Assembly: GCA_022600935.1 (NCBI GenBank)
Contig: JAHZJL010000163.1
Location: 1-56,846 of the forward strand
Length of the DNA: 56,846 nt
Direction of reading: 5' to 3'
Origin: Gammaproteobacteria bacterium
Lineage (GTDB): Bacteria > Pseudomonadota > Gammaproteobacteria > Methylococcales > DRLZ01
Shown here: positions 26,230 to 36,685 of the stretch, piece by piece
Layout of the letters: the number at the start of each line of letters is the position of its first letter
How positions within the stretch are numbered: the first letter of the stretch is position 1
Translations under genes and position numbers: made by a program
Notes under the pieces: generated by a model
The model's database searches: none
Seen by the model: the letters and a program-made list of their open reading frames with translations, nothing else
What the model was told of the DNA's origin: nothing

Positions 26230-27279
26230 CTAACTGATTATTGGTTTTTTGAACAGGGACTGATCTGTCATCCGCTCCATGAGATAACACAAGCAGTCCT
26301 GGCGAATTACTGTCTCATTAAGGGTAAACATGGATGGCATGACTGCTTTGCGAGTGGATAAAACCCCGTTGTCTACCTGGAAGTATTCAGCGGTATTGTC
26401 CATGCCGTTTTCAGCTCTGCTGTAGAGTGGAATACTGGAATTGGTTTTGGTGCGGCCCAGAACGGTTCCGGCATTGATTTCAGTAAAGTTCATCCGGTCG
26501 ATCGATGCATTGAGCAGTAAATCAGCATTGGAGTTGTCGAAACTGAACGAGTATTGCTCAGGGATCATCACTCTTGCAACAGTGTGAAACAGATCGATGT
26601 TGTGGTGAGGGGGTGGTGTATTGGGCAGAGAGTCGAGATGCAAACAGGTGTCGAGAAAGTCGGCGGCATGTTCAATGCCGTATTGTACACCTGGCTTGCC
26701 GCATTCCAGGGTCACGGCCGGACACATTTTTGCGAATGCCGCTGACTGCACACCTTTGGGACGGAGAAAATAAACCGTCAAGCGGCTGAACAGATTGGCC
26801 AGATTCAAAAATTCAGCTTGCAGTGAATTGACACAGGCGAAATGTGGATTCAGGCCGGTATTATTGTGAACATCGACACTGATAAACACATCCCGCTGCT
26901 GCATCTCATCAACTACTGCCTGCATGATCTTAGATTCAACGCAAGGCGGATGTTCCATTCCCGGCCAGATCCGGTTGAAATCCGGACCATCTTCCAGTTT
27001 TCGCACACCCAGTCGCGCTGCCTCGATATTTCCGAACAGAATAGATAAACTACGGGGCAAAGGCTTGTCATGATATTTTTGTAACAATGACTGAATTGCC
27101 AGTAACCCGGTATATTCATTGCCGTGCAACAATACAGAGATAAACATGGGTTGTTGCTTTTGACCCTGCAGATGAATCAGGGTTGGCCCGGACAGCAATT
27201 CATGCAAGCGCGTCGCCTTGCAATCCAATATGCCTTCTGGTAGTGAATTCAGAGTGGTTAGTGTTGTTCTCAAGTGCAA
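26230..27279 (-). CDS. Succinylglutamate desuccinylase / aspartoacylase (AstE/AspA) family zinc deacylase
   Basis: 349 aa. PTLIHLQGQKQQPMFISVLLHGNEYTG contains the family HGNE zinc motif. The TTG start overlaps the upstream ligase stop (TTGCACTTGA). Confidence 0.65.
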   Translation of the reverse strand: MHLRTTLTTLNSLPEGILDCKATRLHELLSGPTLIHLQGQKQQPMFISVLLHGNEYTGLLAIQSLLQKYHDKPLPRSLSILFGNIEAARLGVRKLEDGPDFNRIWPGMEHPPCVESKIMQAVVDEMQQRDVFISVDVHNNTGLNPHFACVNSLQAEFLNLANLFSRLTVYFLRPKGVQSAAFAKMCPAVTLECGKPGVQYGIEHAADFLDTCLHLDSLPNTPPPHHNIDLFHTVARVMIPEQYSFSFDNSNADLLLNASIDRMNFTEINAGTVLGRTKTNSSIPLYSRAENGMDNTAEYFQVDNGVLSTRKAVMPSMFTLNETVIRQDCLCYLMERMTDQSLFKKPIIS

Positions 27280-28703
27280 TCCCAGGTGTGAACCGGTTGT
27301 CCGATGCTTTGCAAGTCAAGATAAGCTGCCGTCATTGCATTGAATTGGCCAGGGTTATTATGCATGAACTGGCGCTGCCACTGCGATCCGGTTTGTCCGC
27401 TCTGGTTTCTGTGGCGAATGATTTCCAGATAGGTTGTTGCATCATCAGGATCAATTCCCAGTTTGCTCAGTCCAGCATAAGCCATGTCGATCAATTGTGA
27501 GTCAATTAATTGCTGCAAGTGGTGTTTTGTGCCATCCAGCCAATGGATTTGAGCATCCAGGCCATAGCGTGCAGACTGGTAGAAATTATCTTTAGCCTGG
27601 GAAAATGTCAATTGTGGTTTTGGTTGAACCACTGTGTCGCAAAGCTGCTTGGCCAGGCCGTAAAAAAAAGCTGCATTGGCAATGGAGTCAATGATTGTCG
27701 GTCCAGCAGGTACTACTCGATGTTCGATACGGATATGGGCAGTTCCATCCTCATCGAATCCGACCAGAGGACGGTTCCAGCGCCAGATTGTTCCGTTATG
27801 CAGGCGCAGATGAGCAAAATGGTTGTCATGCTGATCGAAATGCATGGGTAACAGAATCGGAAAGTGGTTCAGGTTAATCATGAAAAATTCCATGATTGAG
27901 TTGCGGGCATATTGGGTTCCGAAACTTACACGGCGAATCGGTCCATGAGAAGCGCCATCGTAACCGCCAACTTCGATTGCTTGCTCGAACAAAGGGATTC
28001 TGGTTTCACACCATAAATCCTTGCCAAATAAATACGGTGAGTTGGCGCAAATACCCACCATTGGCGCTGAAGCCATGACCGCAGCATTGTAATAATGGTG
28101 TGCGACAGTAAGAGGCGTCTGCAGATGAATTTGAAATGAGGTAGTGGCTGATTCAAGCATCACATCGTCATGTTGCAATGACAGGTTTTCCTGGCCCGAG
28201 ATGGATAGTTTAAGCGGTTCACCACGCAAGTGCAGAATCTGCTCGTTGAGAGCTTGATAGCGTTTCAGCGGAGACATGTTTGTCAGATTCAGATCGGATT
28301 GTTTGAGAGTTGGCAAGGTGCCAATCATCAGCAAATGAGTATTCATGCTGTGCGCTGTTTTCAACGCTGCCTGCCAGGTTGTATTCAATCCTTGATGGAG
28401 CTGGCTGAGCGCATTGTGATTGAGCGCAACTGGTTGATTGTTGAGTTCGATATTGAATCGGGCCAGTTCAGTTGTCGCCAGTGGATTCTGAAACGCTTCC
28501 AGGAATTCCTGGTTACGCGGCGTGGGATTCATAGCCTGATCCAGTAACCAGGCCTCAATCTCAAACCCGGCAACCGGTGAATGTTGTGAACAATTGTTTG
28601 TAGAGATTAACTGTTCGAGTTCACTGGTTTCATTTTCAAGACACTCATAAAATGCATCAAAATCGGCTTGAGTAAAGCTCGCTGTATTGATTTCCTGTCC
28701 CAT
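27270..28703 (-). CDS. GCS2-type carboxylate-amine ligase (glutamate-cysteine-ligase-like)
   Basis: GFEIEAWLLD (the E-x-E metal site), TSFQIHLQ and CANSPYLFGKDLWCETRIPLFEQ resemble the conserved blocks of YbdK/GCS2 ligases. I start it at ATG 28703 (MGQEINT). Confidence 0.55.
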   Translation of the reverse strand: MGQEINTASFTQADFDAFYECLENETSELEQLISTNNCSQHSPVAGFEIEAWLLDQAMNPTPRNQEFLEAFQNPLATTELARFNIELNNQPVALNHNALSQLHQGLNTTWQAALKTAHSMNTHLLMIGTLPTLKQSDLNLTNMSPLKRYQALNEQILHLRGEPLKLSISGQENLSLQHDDVMLESATTSFQIHLQTPLTVAHHYYNAAVMASAPMVGICANSPYLFGKDLWCETRIPLFEQAIEVGGYDGASHGPIRRVSFGTQYARNSIMEFFMINLNHFPILLPMHFDQHDNHFAHLRLHNGTIWRWNRPLVGFDEDGTAHIRIEHRVVPAGPTIIDSIANAAFFYGLAKQLCDTVVQPKPQLTFSQAKDNFYQSARYGLDAQIHWLDGTKHHLQQLIDSQLIDMAYAGLSKLGIDPDDATTYLEIIRHRNQSGQTGSQWQRQFMHNNPGQFNAMTAAYLDLQSIGQPVHTWDCT

Positions 28704-28882
28704 AATTCTGCCCTTGCCAGACAATAAACATCTTTGAGTATACAATGCATAACGCAAGTCAGTAATTGAGATTTGGCAAATCAGGCTAAACCCATGCTGA
28801 TGATTAGAAAAAAAATAAACGATTTCTGCTCGGATCTGTGTCGAAAGCGGCCTATTCTGATCAGGAAAGGGAGAAGTTCAGG

Positions 28883-30046
28883 ATGAAAACAGCCAGTCGA
28901 GTTGACGATATCCGACCGTTTTACGTGATGGATTTGCTATCCAGGGCAAAACAGCTTGAACAATCAGGAAAGTCGATTGTTCATATGGAAGTTGGCGAGC
29001 CGGATTTTACAACTGCTCAGCCAATTATCGATGCCGCTACCAAAGCACTTGCAGGTGGCCAGATCAAATATACCCATGCCGCAGGTCTTACTCAGCTTCG
29101 GGAGCGCATTTCGCGTTTTTATGCCGACAGCTATGAGGTCAACATCGACCCGGGCAGGCTGTTTATTACACCTGGTGCTTCGGGTGCATTGATGCTGGCT
29201 CTGGCAATGCTGATCAATCCTGGTGATGAAGTATTATTGCCAGATCCGTGTTACCCATGTAATCGCAATTTCATCCGTTTGTTCGAAGGCCGTCCGGTAT
29301 TGATTCCCGTTGATGGTCTGATGTCGTATCAGCTCGGTGCTGATTTAATCGACCGATACTGGAATGCCAGCACCAGCGGAACAATCGTTGCCTCTCCATC
29401 CAATCCAACAGGCACCATGCTCTCGTCCGGGCAATTGCAATCTGTGATTGACGCTGTCAAATCGCATGACGGATGGGTAATATCCGATGAAATTTATCAT
29501 GGTCTGGTGTACGAAGAGCAAATGCATAGTGCGCTGGAATTTGACGATACGAATACACTGGTCATCAACAGCTTTTCCAAGTATTTTGGGATGACTGGCT
29601 GGAGGCTGGGCTGGCTGGCGGTGCCTGAAGCATTGATTGATAGTGCCGAGAAGCTGATGCAGAATCTGTTTATCTCATCATCGTCGATTGCACAGGCAGC
29701 CGCTTTATGTGCGTTTGATGGCGATACATTAAGTATACTGGAAGAACGTCGTCTGGCATTTCAAACACGTCGTGATTATCTGTATAACGCTTTGCAATCA
29801 CTGGGTTTTTCAATTAGTTGCAAACCGGAAGGTGCGTTTTATATCTATGCTGACTGTCACCAGCTTGCCGAGTCCAGTGACCAGTTAGCCAGCGATCTAC
29901 TGGAACATGCTGGCGTGGCAGTGACGCCGGGGCGAGATTTTGGAGATTATCGACACAACCAGCACATTCGCTTTGCTTACACAACATCGTTGGAGAATCT
30001 CAAGCAAGGCGTCGAGCGTATCGCCAGATATCTTCAGAAAGCGTGA
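28883..30046 (+). CDS. Class I/II pyridoxal-phosphate-dependent aminotransferase (aspartate aminotransferase-like)
   Basis: NSFSKYFGMTGWRLGW contains the PLP-lysine motif, and SPSNPTG and the overall layout fit. I start it at ATG 28883 after GGGAGAAG. Confidence 0.8.
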   Translation: MKTASRVDDIRPFYVMDLLSRAKQLEQSGKSIVHMEVGEPDFTTAQPIIDAATKALAGGQIKYTHAAGLTQLRERISRFYADSYEVNIDPGRLFITPGASGALMLALAMLINPGDEVLLPDPCYPCNRNFIRLFEGRPVLIPVDGLMSYQLGADLIDRYWNASTSGTIVASPSNPTGTMLSSGQLQSVIDAVKSHDGWVISDEIYHGLVYEEQMHSALEFDDTNTLVINSFSKYFGMTGWRLGWLAVPEALIDSAEKLMQNLFISSSSIAQAAALCAFDGDTLSILEERRLAFQTRRDYLYNALQSLGFSISCKPEGAFYIYADCHQLAESSDQLASDLLEHAGVAVTPGRDFGDYRHNQHIRFAYTTSLENLKQGVERIARYLQKA

Positions 30047-30059
30047 TTCAGGTGTTACT

Positions 30060-31070
30060 CTACTGTGTCTGCTTTTTCTGTTGCAACGTACGCTCCCAGG
30101 CCAGCGAAGTCCGCACAATATCGTTTAAATCATCATAACCTGGTGTCCAGTTCAGAGTTGAGTGTAATTTATCGACGGCTGCCACCAGTTGTGGGGGGTC
30201 ACCAGCTCGCCTGGGCTGTTCTTCAACAGTGATTGGCTGGCCATTGACAGCATTGACGGTATCGATCACTTCTCTCACGCTGTAACCGTGTCCATAGCCA
30301 CAATTCAATGTGGTTGATTCACCGCCGTTGCGCAAGTAATCCAGAGCCTGGATATGAGCATCGGCGAGATCGCTGACATGAATATAATCACGTACTCCGG
30401 TGCCGTCCGGTGTTGGGTAATCTGTACCAAAAACCATTAATTTCTCGCGTTTGCCGACAGCGACTTCTGCGGCGACCTTGATCAGCAGTGTGGCTTTATC
30501 CGTGGATTGGCCGATTTTGCCCTCGGGATCACTTCCGGCAACATTGAAATAACGCAGAATCACATGATTTAAATCACACGCAGCAGATAAATCGCGCAAC
30601 ATCCACTCACTCATCAGTTTGGATGACCCGTAGGGATTGATCGGGCTGGTTGGGGTTGCTTCACTGATTAAAGGCTTCTCAGGCATACCGTAGACAGCGG
30701 CTGTAGAAGAGAAAATAAAATGTTTAACACCAGCTTGCTGACAACACTGCAACAAATTTCGGGTATTGGCAGTGTTGTTACCGTAGTATTTTAAGGGATT
30801 TTCAACCGATTCAGGCACGATAGTATGTGCGGCAAAATGGATCACCGATTCAACCTGAGAGTCTTTCAGAATCCGGCTTACCAATTCCTGATCACCAGTA
30901 TCTCCAACAATCAGCTCGCCGAATAACACGGCATCAGAAAAACCAGTGGATAAATTATCCAGCACAACAATAGATTCCCCGGCCAGACCGAGCTGCTTGA
31001 CAACATGACTGCCAATATAACCGGCACCTCCGGTGACCAGTATGGTTTTATTTTGTGTTTTGTTTTGCAT
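30060..31070 (-). CDS. galE: UDP-glucose 4-epimerase
   Basis: ILVTGGAGYIGSH, a YGSSK-type catalytic motif and a length of about 336 aa fit GalE. ATG 31070 gives MQNKTQNKTILVTGG. Confidence 0.85.
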   Translation of the reverse strand: MQNKTQNKTILVTGGAGYIGSHVVKQLGLAGESIVVLDNLSTGFSDAVLFGELIVGDTGDQELVSRILKDSQVESVIHFAAHTIVPESVENPLKYYGNNTANTRNLLQCCQQAGVKHFIFSSTAAVYGMPEKPLISEATPTSPINPYGSSKLMSEWMLRDLSAACDLNHVILRYFNVAGSDPEGKIGQSTDKATLLIKVAAEVAVGKREKLMVFGTDYPTPDGTGVRDYIHVSDLADAHIQALDYLRNGGESTTLNCGYGHGYSVREVIDTVNAVNGQPITVEEQPRRAGDPPQLVAAVDKLHSTLNWTPGYDDLNDIVRTSLAWERTLQQKKQTQ

Positions 31071-31111
31071 GGAAACGTAACTCTCGTCTAGTCTGATTGG
31101 AAACAGTGTCA

Positions 31112-32353
31112 TTAAATCTCGGTGTCAAAAGGTAATACCTTGACCAGCTGGCCTTGTGCAAGGCTAGAGCAGTGCGCTTCAACCACAATAAAGCAGTTGG
31201 CTTGAATCATGGAGTGCATGATATGAGATCCCTGGAATGGCAATGGTTTGACGTTTAACTGATTGTTATCATAATTCAGTTGTGCTCGCAGATATTCCTG
31301 TCTGCCTGGTGATCTCTGGATTGATTGAGCGAGTGGAACTTCGATGTGTAACATCTGGCCAGGTGTTTGACCCATGAGTCTGGTGAGTGCAGGGCGCACC
31401 AGAATCATGAATGTGACTAATACGGAAACAGGGTTTCCGGGTAGTCCAAAAAAAGGAATGTTTCGGATATTGCCGAATACCAGTGGTTTGCCGGGCTTAA
31501 TAGCGAGTTTCCAGAAGTCCACACTGCCGATGTCTTTAAGCAGTGGTTCAATAAAATCTGCATCTCCAACTGATGCGCCACCGGTGCTGATAACAGCATC
31601 GCTGGATTCAGCAGCGTTGATTAAGGTATCTTGCAGTTGTTGCGGGTCATCCGGAATTGTTCCCAGGTCAATGGGAGCAGCACCGATCTGTTCAATCAGT
31701 GCATTCAAGGTATAACGGTTGCTGTCATAAAGTTGGCCACTTTGCAGCGTTTCAGTCAACCCACGGAGTTCGTCACCGGTTGAAAAAAATGCAACGCGAA
31801 TGGGTCTGTATACCTGCACGGATACCATACCAAGTGATGCAAGCAGACCGATTTCAGCGCCACCAAGTTTAGTTCCAGCATTGAGTACAGTGTCACCAGA
31901 TTTGATATCTTCACCTGGATATCGAACGTTATCACCATGTTGAATCTGGCCGTTGAACTGGATCATACCATCTGTCTGTGTGACTTGTTCCTGCATGATG
32001 ACGGTATCGGCAGCCTGGGGCAGAATGGCTCCGGTAAAAATACGCACACAATCTCCCGGTTTCATTACTCCGGAATATGGTTTCCCTGCCCATGATGTGC
32101 CACACAGTCTAAGACGATTCTGATGGTCACATAGATCATTGAAAGCGACAGCATAACCGTCCATTGATGAATTGCAGTCACTGGGGATATTGCTGGTTGC
32201 AGTAATATCTTGAGCCAGAATTCTGTTCAAACAGTGTTTTATCGGTAAAATCTGCGCGTGTTGCAGCGGGGTGATAGCTTCATGGATACGCGTTTCAGCC
32301 TCAGTCACTGAGATCAGGCCGGGTTTTAAGCAAAAATCGGTTGTGTCAGCCAT
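31112..32353 (-). CDS. moeA: Molybdopterin molybdenumtransferase MoeA
   Basis: 413 aa. SSMDGYAV, TGGASVGDADF and the four-domain MoeA layout are present. Confidence 0.85.
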   Translation of the reverse strand: MADTTDFCLKPGLISVTEAETRIHEAITPLQHAQILPIKHCLNRILAQDITATSNIPSDCNSSMDGYAVAFNDLCDHQNRLRLCGTSWAGKPYSGVMKPGDCVRIFTGAILPQAADTVIMQEQVTQTDGMIQFNGQIQHGDNVRYPGEDIKSGDTVLNAGTKLGGAEIGLLASLGMVSVQVYRPIRVAFFSTGDELRGLTETLQSGQLYDSNRYTLNALIEQIGAAPIDLGTIPDDPQQLQDTLINAAESSDAVISTGGASVGDADFIEPLLKDIGSVDFWKLAIKPGKPLVFGNIRNIPFFGLPGNPVSVLVTFMILVRPALTRLMGQTPGQMLHIEVPLAQSIQRSPGRQEYLRAQLNYDNNQLNVKPLPFQGSHIMHSMIQANCFIVVEAHCSSLAQGQLVKVLPFDTEI

Positions 32354-32900
32354 ATCCGGTCAGCCAGTCGTTGAGGATAAAATCAGTGATCTGGTGTGGT
32401 TGATTGAGATCCAGAACCGGGATGTCAATCGCGATTGCGGGTTTCGAGTCTGCCACCAGTGCAAATATATTGGAGTCGTTCGGAAACAGGTAGGGATGAC
32501 CCAGTGTGGATCGATGTAACTCGATTTTCGGGATGGCTGCTTTTTTAAAACCTTCTACAATAATTAAATCCAGTGTGCTTTGGTCAAGATATCTGAATTG
32601 ATCTGTCAGGTCCGGGGGTTGTTCAGAATCCGTTTTTTCTATGATGACTGCAGTGCGGGTTTGCGCTGCCAGCACGATTTGACCGGCACCGGCTTGGCGC
32701 AGACGATAACTGTCTTTTCCAGGGTGATCGATCTGGAATTGGTGATGACTGTGTTTGATCAGGCCAATATTTAATCCCTTAGCAGTCAAATCGGGTATGA
32801 CTGCTTCCAGTAAAGTCGTTTTACCGGTGCCGCTGAATGCAGCAATGCCAAGCACCGGTACGCTGACTTGCTCGGATATCGATGCTGGAGGTGTAGTCAT
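32346..32900 (-). CDS. mobB: Molybdopterin-guanine dinucleotide biosynthesis adaptor MobB
   Basis: The P-loop is GIAAFSGTGKTTLLE, followed by IGLIKHSHH. It overlaps moeA by 8 nt. Confidence 0.8.
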   Translation of the reverse strand: MTTPPASISEQVSVPVLGIAAFSGTGKTTLLEAVIPDLTAKGLNIGLIKHSHHQFQIDHPGKDSYRLRQAGAGQIVLAAQTRTAVIIEKTDSEQPPDLTDQFRYLDQSTLDLIIVEGFKKAAIPKIELHRSTLGHPYLFPNDSNIFALVADSKPAIAIDIPVLDLNQPHQITDFILNDWLTGYG

Positions 32901-32912
32901 TCCTGTGCAAAG

Positions 32913-33920
32913 CTAGGTTTGGTAAAATTCACGATACCATGTCACGAAGTTTTTAATCCCGGTTTCTATCGGTGTAGCCGGTTTGTATCCGACATCGTTA
33001 ATCAAGTCATCGACATTGGCAAACGTAGCTGGAACATCTCCGGGTTGCAGCGGCAGATAATTTTTAGTCGCTTCAATACCGAGATTGTCTTCCAGTATTT
33101 CAATAAAACGCATTAATTCGACCGGTTTGTTATTGCCGATATTATAGATCCGATAAGGCGCCATGCTGGTTCCGGGGTCCGGTTGATCACCGCTCCACTC
33201 AGGGTTTGGTTCAGCGACATGATCGCTGGTACGGATTACACCCTCAACGATATCATCGATGTAGGTAAAATCTCGCTTGTGTTTACCCTGGTTAAAGACA
33301 TTGATGGGCTTGCCTTCCAGTATGCTGCGGGTAAAAATGAACAATGCCATATCCGGTCTGCCCCAGGGGCCATACACTGTGAAAAATCGCAGTCCTGTGG
33401 TTGGCAACTTGTACAGCGAGCTGTAAGTATGCGCCATTAATTCATTGGCTTTTTTGGTTGCAGCATAAAGGCTGAGCGGATGATCAATATTGTCATGCAC
33501 CGAAAACGGCATGCTGGTATTGGCGCCATATACCGAACTACTGGAAGCATAGGTCAGATGCTCAACATTATGGTGCCGACACCCTTCCAGAATATTGGCA
33601 AAGCCTTGCAGATTGGCATCGATATAAGCCATAGGATTATCGATTGAATATCGTACTCCCGCCTGTGCAGCCAAGTGAATAACACGCTGAGGCTGATATT
33701 CTCTGAAAACCTGAGCCATGCGCTCACGGTCTTCAACATCGCAACGGATTTCTGTGAATGCTGAATGTGACAGCACCCTGTCCAGTCTTGCCAATTTGAG
33801 ATTGACATCATAATAATCATTGACGTTGTCAACGCCAATGACTTCATCGCCACGTTCCAATAACTTCAAAGCAACATGATTGCCGATAAACCCGGCAGTT
33901 CCGGTGACCAGAATTTTCAC
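32913..33920 (-). CDS. NAD-dependent sugar-nucleotide epimerase, UDP-glucuronate 4-epimerase-like
   Basis: [16 protein letters not shown]...[20 protein letters not shown] and the catalytic motif YAATKKANE are typical of the CapI/Uge subgroup of SDR epimerases. Confidence 0.7.
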   Translation of the reverse strand: MKILVTGTAGFIGNHVALKLLERGDEVIGVDNVNDYYDVNLKLARLDRVLSHSAFTEIRCDVEDRERMAQVFREYQPQRVIHLAAQAGVRYSIDNPMAYIDANLQGFANILEGCRHHNVEHLTYASSSSVYGANTSMPFSVHDNIDHPLSLYAATKKANELMAHTYSSLYKLPTTGLRFFTVYGPWGRPDMALFIFTRSILEGKPINVFNQGKHKRDFTYIDDIVEGVIRTSDHVAEPNPEWSGDQPDPGTSMAPYRIYNIGNNKPVELMRFIEILEDNLGIEATKNYLPLQPGDVPATFANVDDLINDVGYKPATPIETGIKNFVTWYREFYQT

Positions 33921-34561
33921 AAATGACCCCTTTAGTCTTAAAGCCTTAATTGATTGATAATTGTTTTAGTGTGCAACAGGTGATTGTACAGTTAAAGATA
34001 GCTTTTAGTTCTGGCGCCTCCTGATGAGATATGGTTGAAAACTGTATAGATTCAGCTACGGATTTACACATTAAAAACACCACTTGATCGATGTATCACG
34101 AACCCGTAAACAGTTCTAGCTGGATACTTTAGTATTGAACAAATACTGTCATTCAATTTACTGTTGCCCGTTTCAGATTGGTTGTTCGAAAAGTTATTTA
34201 AAAAAAGCCAAAGCAATAGTTTAACAAATTTATACTGGTTATTAAGACTGGATAATCTGACTGTTCGGTATACACTTATGAACATGTCTGGTCGTTACTG
34301 ATTGTTTGCTGTATATCCAATCGCTGTGATTGTGTATGACGTGAGAACGTCGTACATTTAGCATTGTAACCGTTTGTTGAATACCGCAATACCTGTAGGG
34401 TTTACGGTTGTAATGATGAGGCCCATGAAGTCTGCTGCAGTGTCTGGGCAACTGAGATGGCAGGCCAAAAATCTTAAATGGATGAATAAAACTTTGTAAT
34501 TAACTGATTATAAATGATAAATTAGATTACAGAATGCTAATAAAACCATAATAAATTTACG

Positions 34562-36685
34562 ATGAATCACGCTTTTAATTTAATCAGTGCAGACATTGGC
34601 AACATCAGTTTTTTGACGTGTGCTTTTGTTTACGCCTTGCTGAGTGGTTTGTTGTTAATCAGCGCCAGCAAACAGTCGTCTCAGGATTTGCATAGCCGCT
34701 TGTTGATTTTTTCGACCATGATTACGTTTTTCTGGGCTGTTTTACTGGCCTGGCGAACAGTTGCATATATTGAATCTGAGATTTTATGGTCTGCAGAACT
34801 GATCCGAACAGTGAGCTGGACTGCATTTATGTACGCCTTGTTGAACAGAAAGGAACATGATGCGCAATTCCGGAATTTCAGAGGCTTGTTTTTACTGATT
34901 ACATCCTTGCTGGTACTGCATATCTGGATTGCCCCGCATATATGGAACAATGAGACAGTAACTCTTTGGCTGGATATCCAGTTTATCGGGCAAATGATTT
35001 TGGCCATCTGTGGCCTGGTGCTGGTGGAACAGATCTACCAGAACATCAAACCTGAACACCGCTGGTGGATCAAGCATTTATGTCTGGCGGTCGGATTTAT
35101 GTTCGCTTACGATTTCTATCTGTATGCCAACTCGTTGATGATCCGACATCTGAATATCGCACTGTGGGACGCAAGAGGCGCTGCATTTGCCTTGCTTAGC
35201 CCGTTAATCATGATAACCGCAGCGCGAAACAAGAGTCGCTCGGTCAGTGTCCAGTTTTCGCGTAATGTCGTGTTCCACTCAACCGCTTTGATTGCAACTG
35301 GTATTTACCTGGTGGCAATGGGTGTTGCAAGTCATTATATTGCTGTTTTTGGAGACAAATGGGGTCAGGTTGCACAAATTATATTTTTAGTTGGTGCAGT
35401 GTTATTACTGGTAGTTTTATTGTTATCCGGTACTATTCGTGCCCAGTTCAGAGTATTTTTTTCCAAACATTTTTTCAATTACGCCTATGATTACCGTGAG
35501 GAGTGGTTGCGTATCACTTCATTGTTGTCCACAAACAGTAATGACCAACCTCTGGAACACCGAGCCATTGCCGCTGTTGCCGAGTCAGTCAACAGCAAAG
35601 GTGGAACCCTGTGGGTGAGAGACCACTATGGGTTTTATCGCTGGCGAGCCCGTTTCGAGAACAGTCGGGTGAATTTGCAGCGAATCGATCCGAATAACCC
35701 GTTGATTCAGTTTATCAAGAAGCATCGCTGGGTTGTCAATTTTGAAGAGTTACAACGAGCGCCTGAATTGTATCAGGGGATTTCGATTGAAGATGCGAAC
35801 TGGATTTTGAGTCAGGGTCAGGCATGGTTATTAATTCCACTGTTTCACAGAGACGATTTATATGGATTGATTTTATTGACCGACCCGCAAGTTGAAACAC
35901 CCTGGAACTGGGAGGTGATTGATTTGTTGAGAACTGCCGGGCAACAAATAGCCGGTATGCTGGCGCTGGAAGATGCGGCGCGAGAATTGACAGTGGCCAA
36001 GCAATTCGAAGGGTTTAATCGGTTGTCGGCTTTTTTGATCCATGACTTGAAAAACATGATTGCGCAATTGTCGCTGGTAGTTAAGAATGCAGAAAAGCAT
36101 CGACATAATCCACAGTTTATGGAAGATGCAACGCATACCATCAAGCACTGCGTGAACAAAATGAATCGTTTGATGGTGCAGTTGAACCAGGGCGTTTCGT
36201 CTGAGTCAAAAACTGCGATCAGTTTAAGCCGGGTGTTGACTGAAGTTGAGAACCAGCGCAGTCAGCAGATTCCGGTTCCAGAATTTACCGGTATCAACCT
36301 TGATATCCATGTTATTGCAGAACATGACCGACTCAGTTCGGTATTTTCGCATGTCATTCAGAATGCCCAGGAAGCAGCGGGAAGGAAAGGCATGGTTGCT
36401 GTGTCTGTTGTCAGGGAGGCAAACAATGTAGTCATTATCGTTCAGGATAATGGTCCGGGAATGAGTCAGGCATTCATTCAGGAAGGTTTGTTTAAACCGT
36501 TTGAATCAACCAAAGGACTGACGGGTATGGGAATAGGTGCCTATGAAAGTCGAGAATATATTTTAGCAATTGGTGGAGATGTGGAAGTCGACAGTAAAAT
36601 TGGTTTGGGAACCCGGTTTCGATTGGTAATCCCAATTGCACATTCAATTGAAAACAAAACCATGAGAGAAACGGTGAGCGCTTGA
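34562..36685 (+). CDS. prsK: PEP-CTERM/exosortase-system sensor histidine kinase PrsK
   Basis: 707 aa. It has a multi-TM N-terminal half, a GAF-like middle, the H-box FLIHDLKN and a C-terminal HATPase domain (DNGPGM, GMGIG). It is coupled to prsR through the TGATG overlap. Confidence 0.7.
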   Translation: MNHAFNLISADIGNISFLTCAFVYALLSGLLLISASKQSSQDLHSRLLIFSTMITFFWAVLLAWRTVAYIESEILWSAELIRTVSWTAFMYALLNRKEHDAQFRNFRGLFLLITSLLVLHIWIAPHIWNNETVTLWLDIQFIGQMILAICGLVLVEQIYQNIKPEHRWWIKHLCLAVGFMFAYDFYLYANSLMIRHLNIALWDARGAAFALLSPLIMITAARNKSRSVSVQFSRNVVFHSTALIATGIYLVAMGVASHYIAVFGDKWGQVAQIIFLVGAVLLLVVLLLSGTIRAQFRVFFSKHFFNYAYDYREEWLRITSLLSTNSNDQPLEHRAIAAVAESVNSKGGTLWVRDHYGFYRWRARFENSRVNLQRIDPNNPLIQFIKKHRWVVNFEELQRAPELYQGISIEDANWILSQGQAWLLIPLFHRDDLYGLILLTDPQVETPWNWEVIDLLRTAGQQIAGMLALEDAARELTVAKQFEGFNRLSAFLIHDLKNMIAQLSLVVKNAEKHRHNPQFMEDATHTIKHCVNKMNRLMVQLNQGVSSESKTAISLSRVLTEVENQRSQQIPVPEFTGINLDIHVIAEHDRLSSVFSHVIQNAQEAAGRKGMVAVSVVREANNVVIIVQDNGPGMSQAFIQEGLFKPFESTKGLTGMGIGAYESREYILAIGGDVEVDSKIGLGTRFRLVIPIAHSIENKTMRETVSA

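Noticed and set aside
25424-26290. Long N-terminal extensions in the ORF track for 25424-26290, 3767-4726, 30060-31112, 27270-28757 and 28838-30046.
   Set aside because: In each case an internal ATG with a better RBS gives the expected family N-terminus or signal peptide and removes the overlap with the neighbouring gene.
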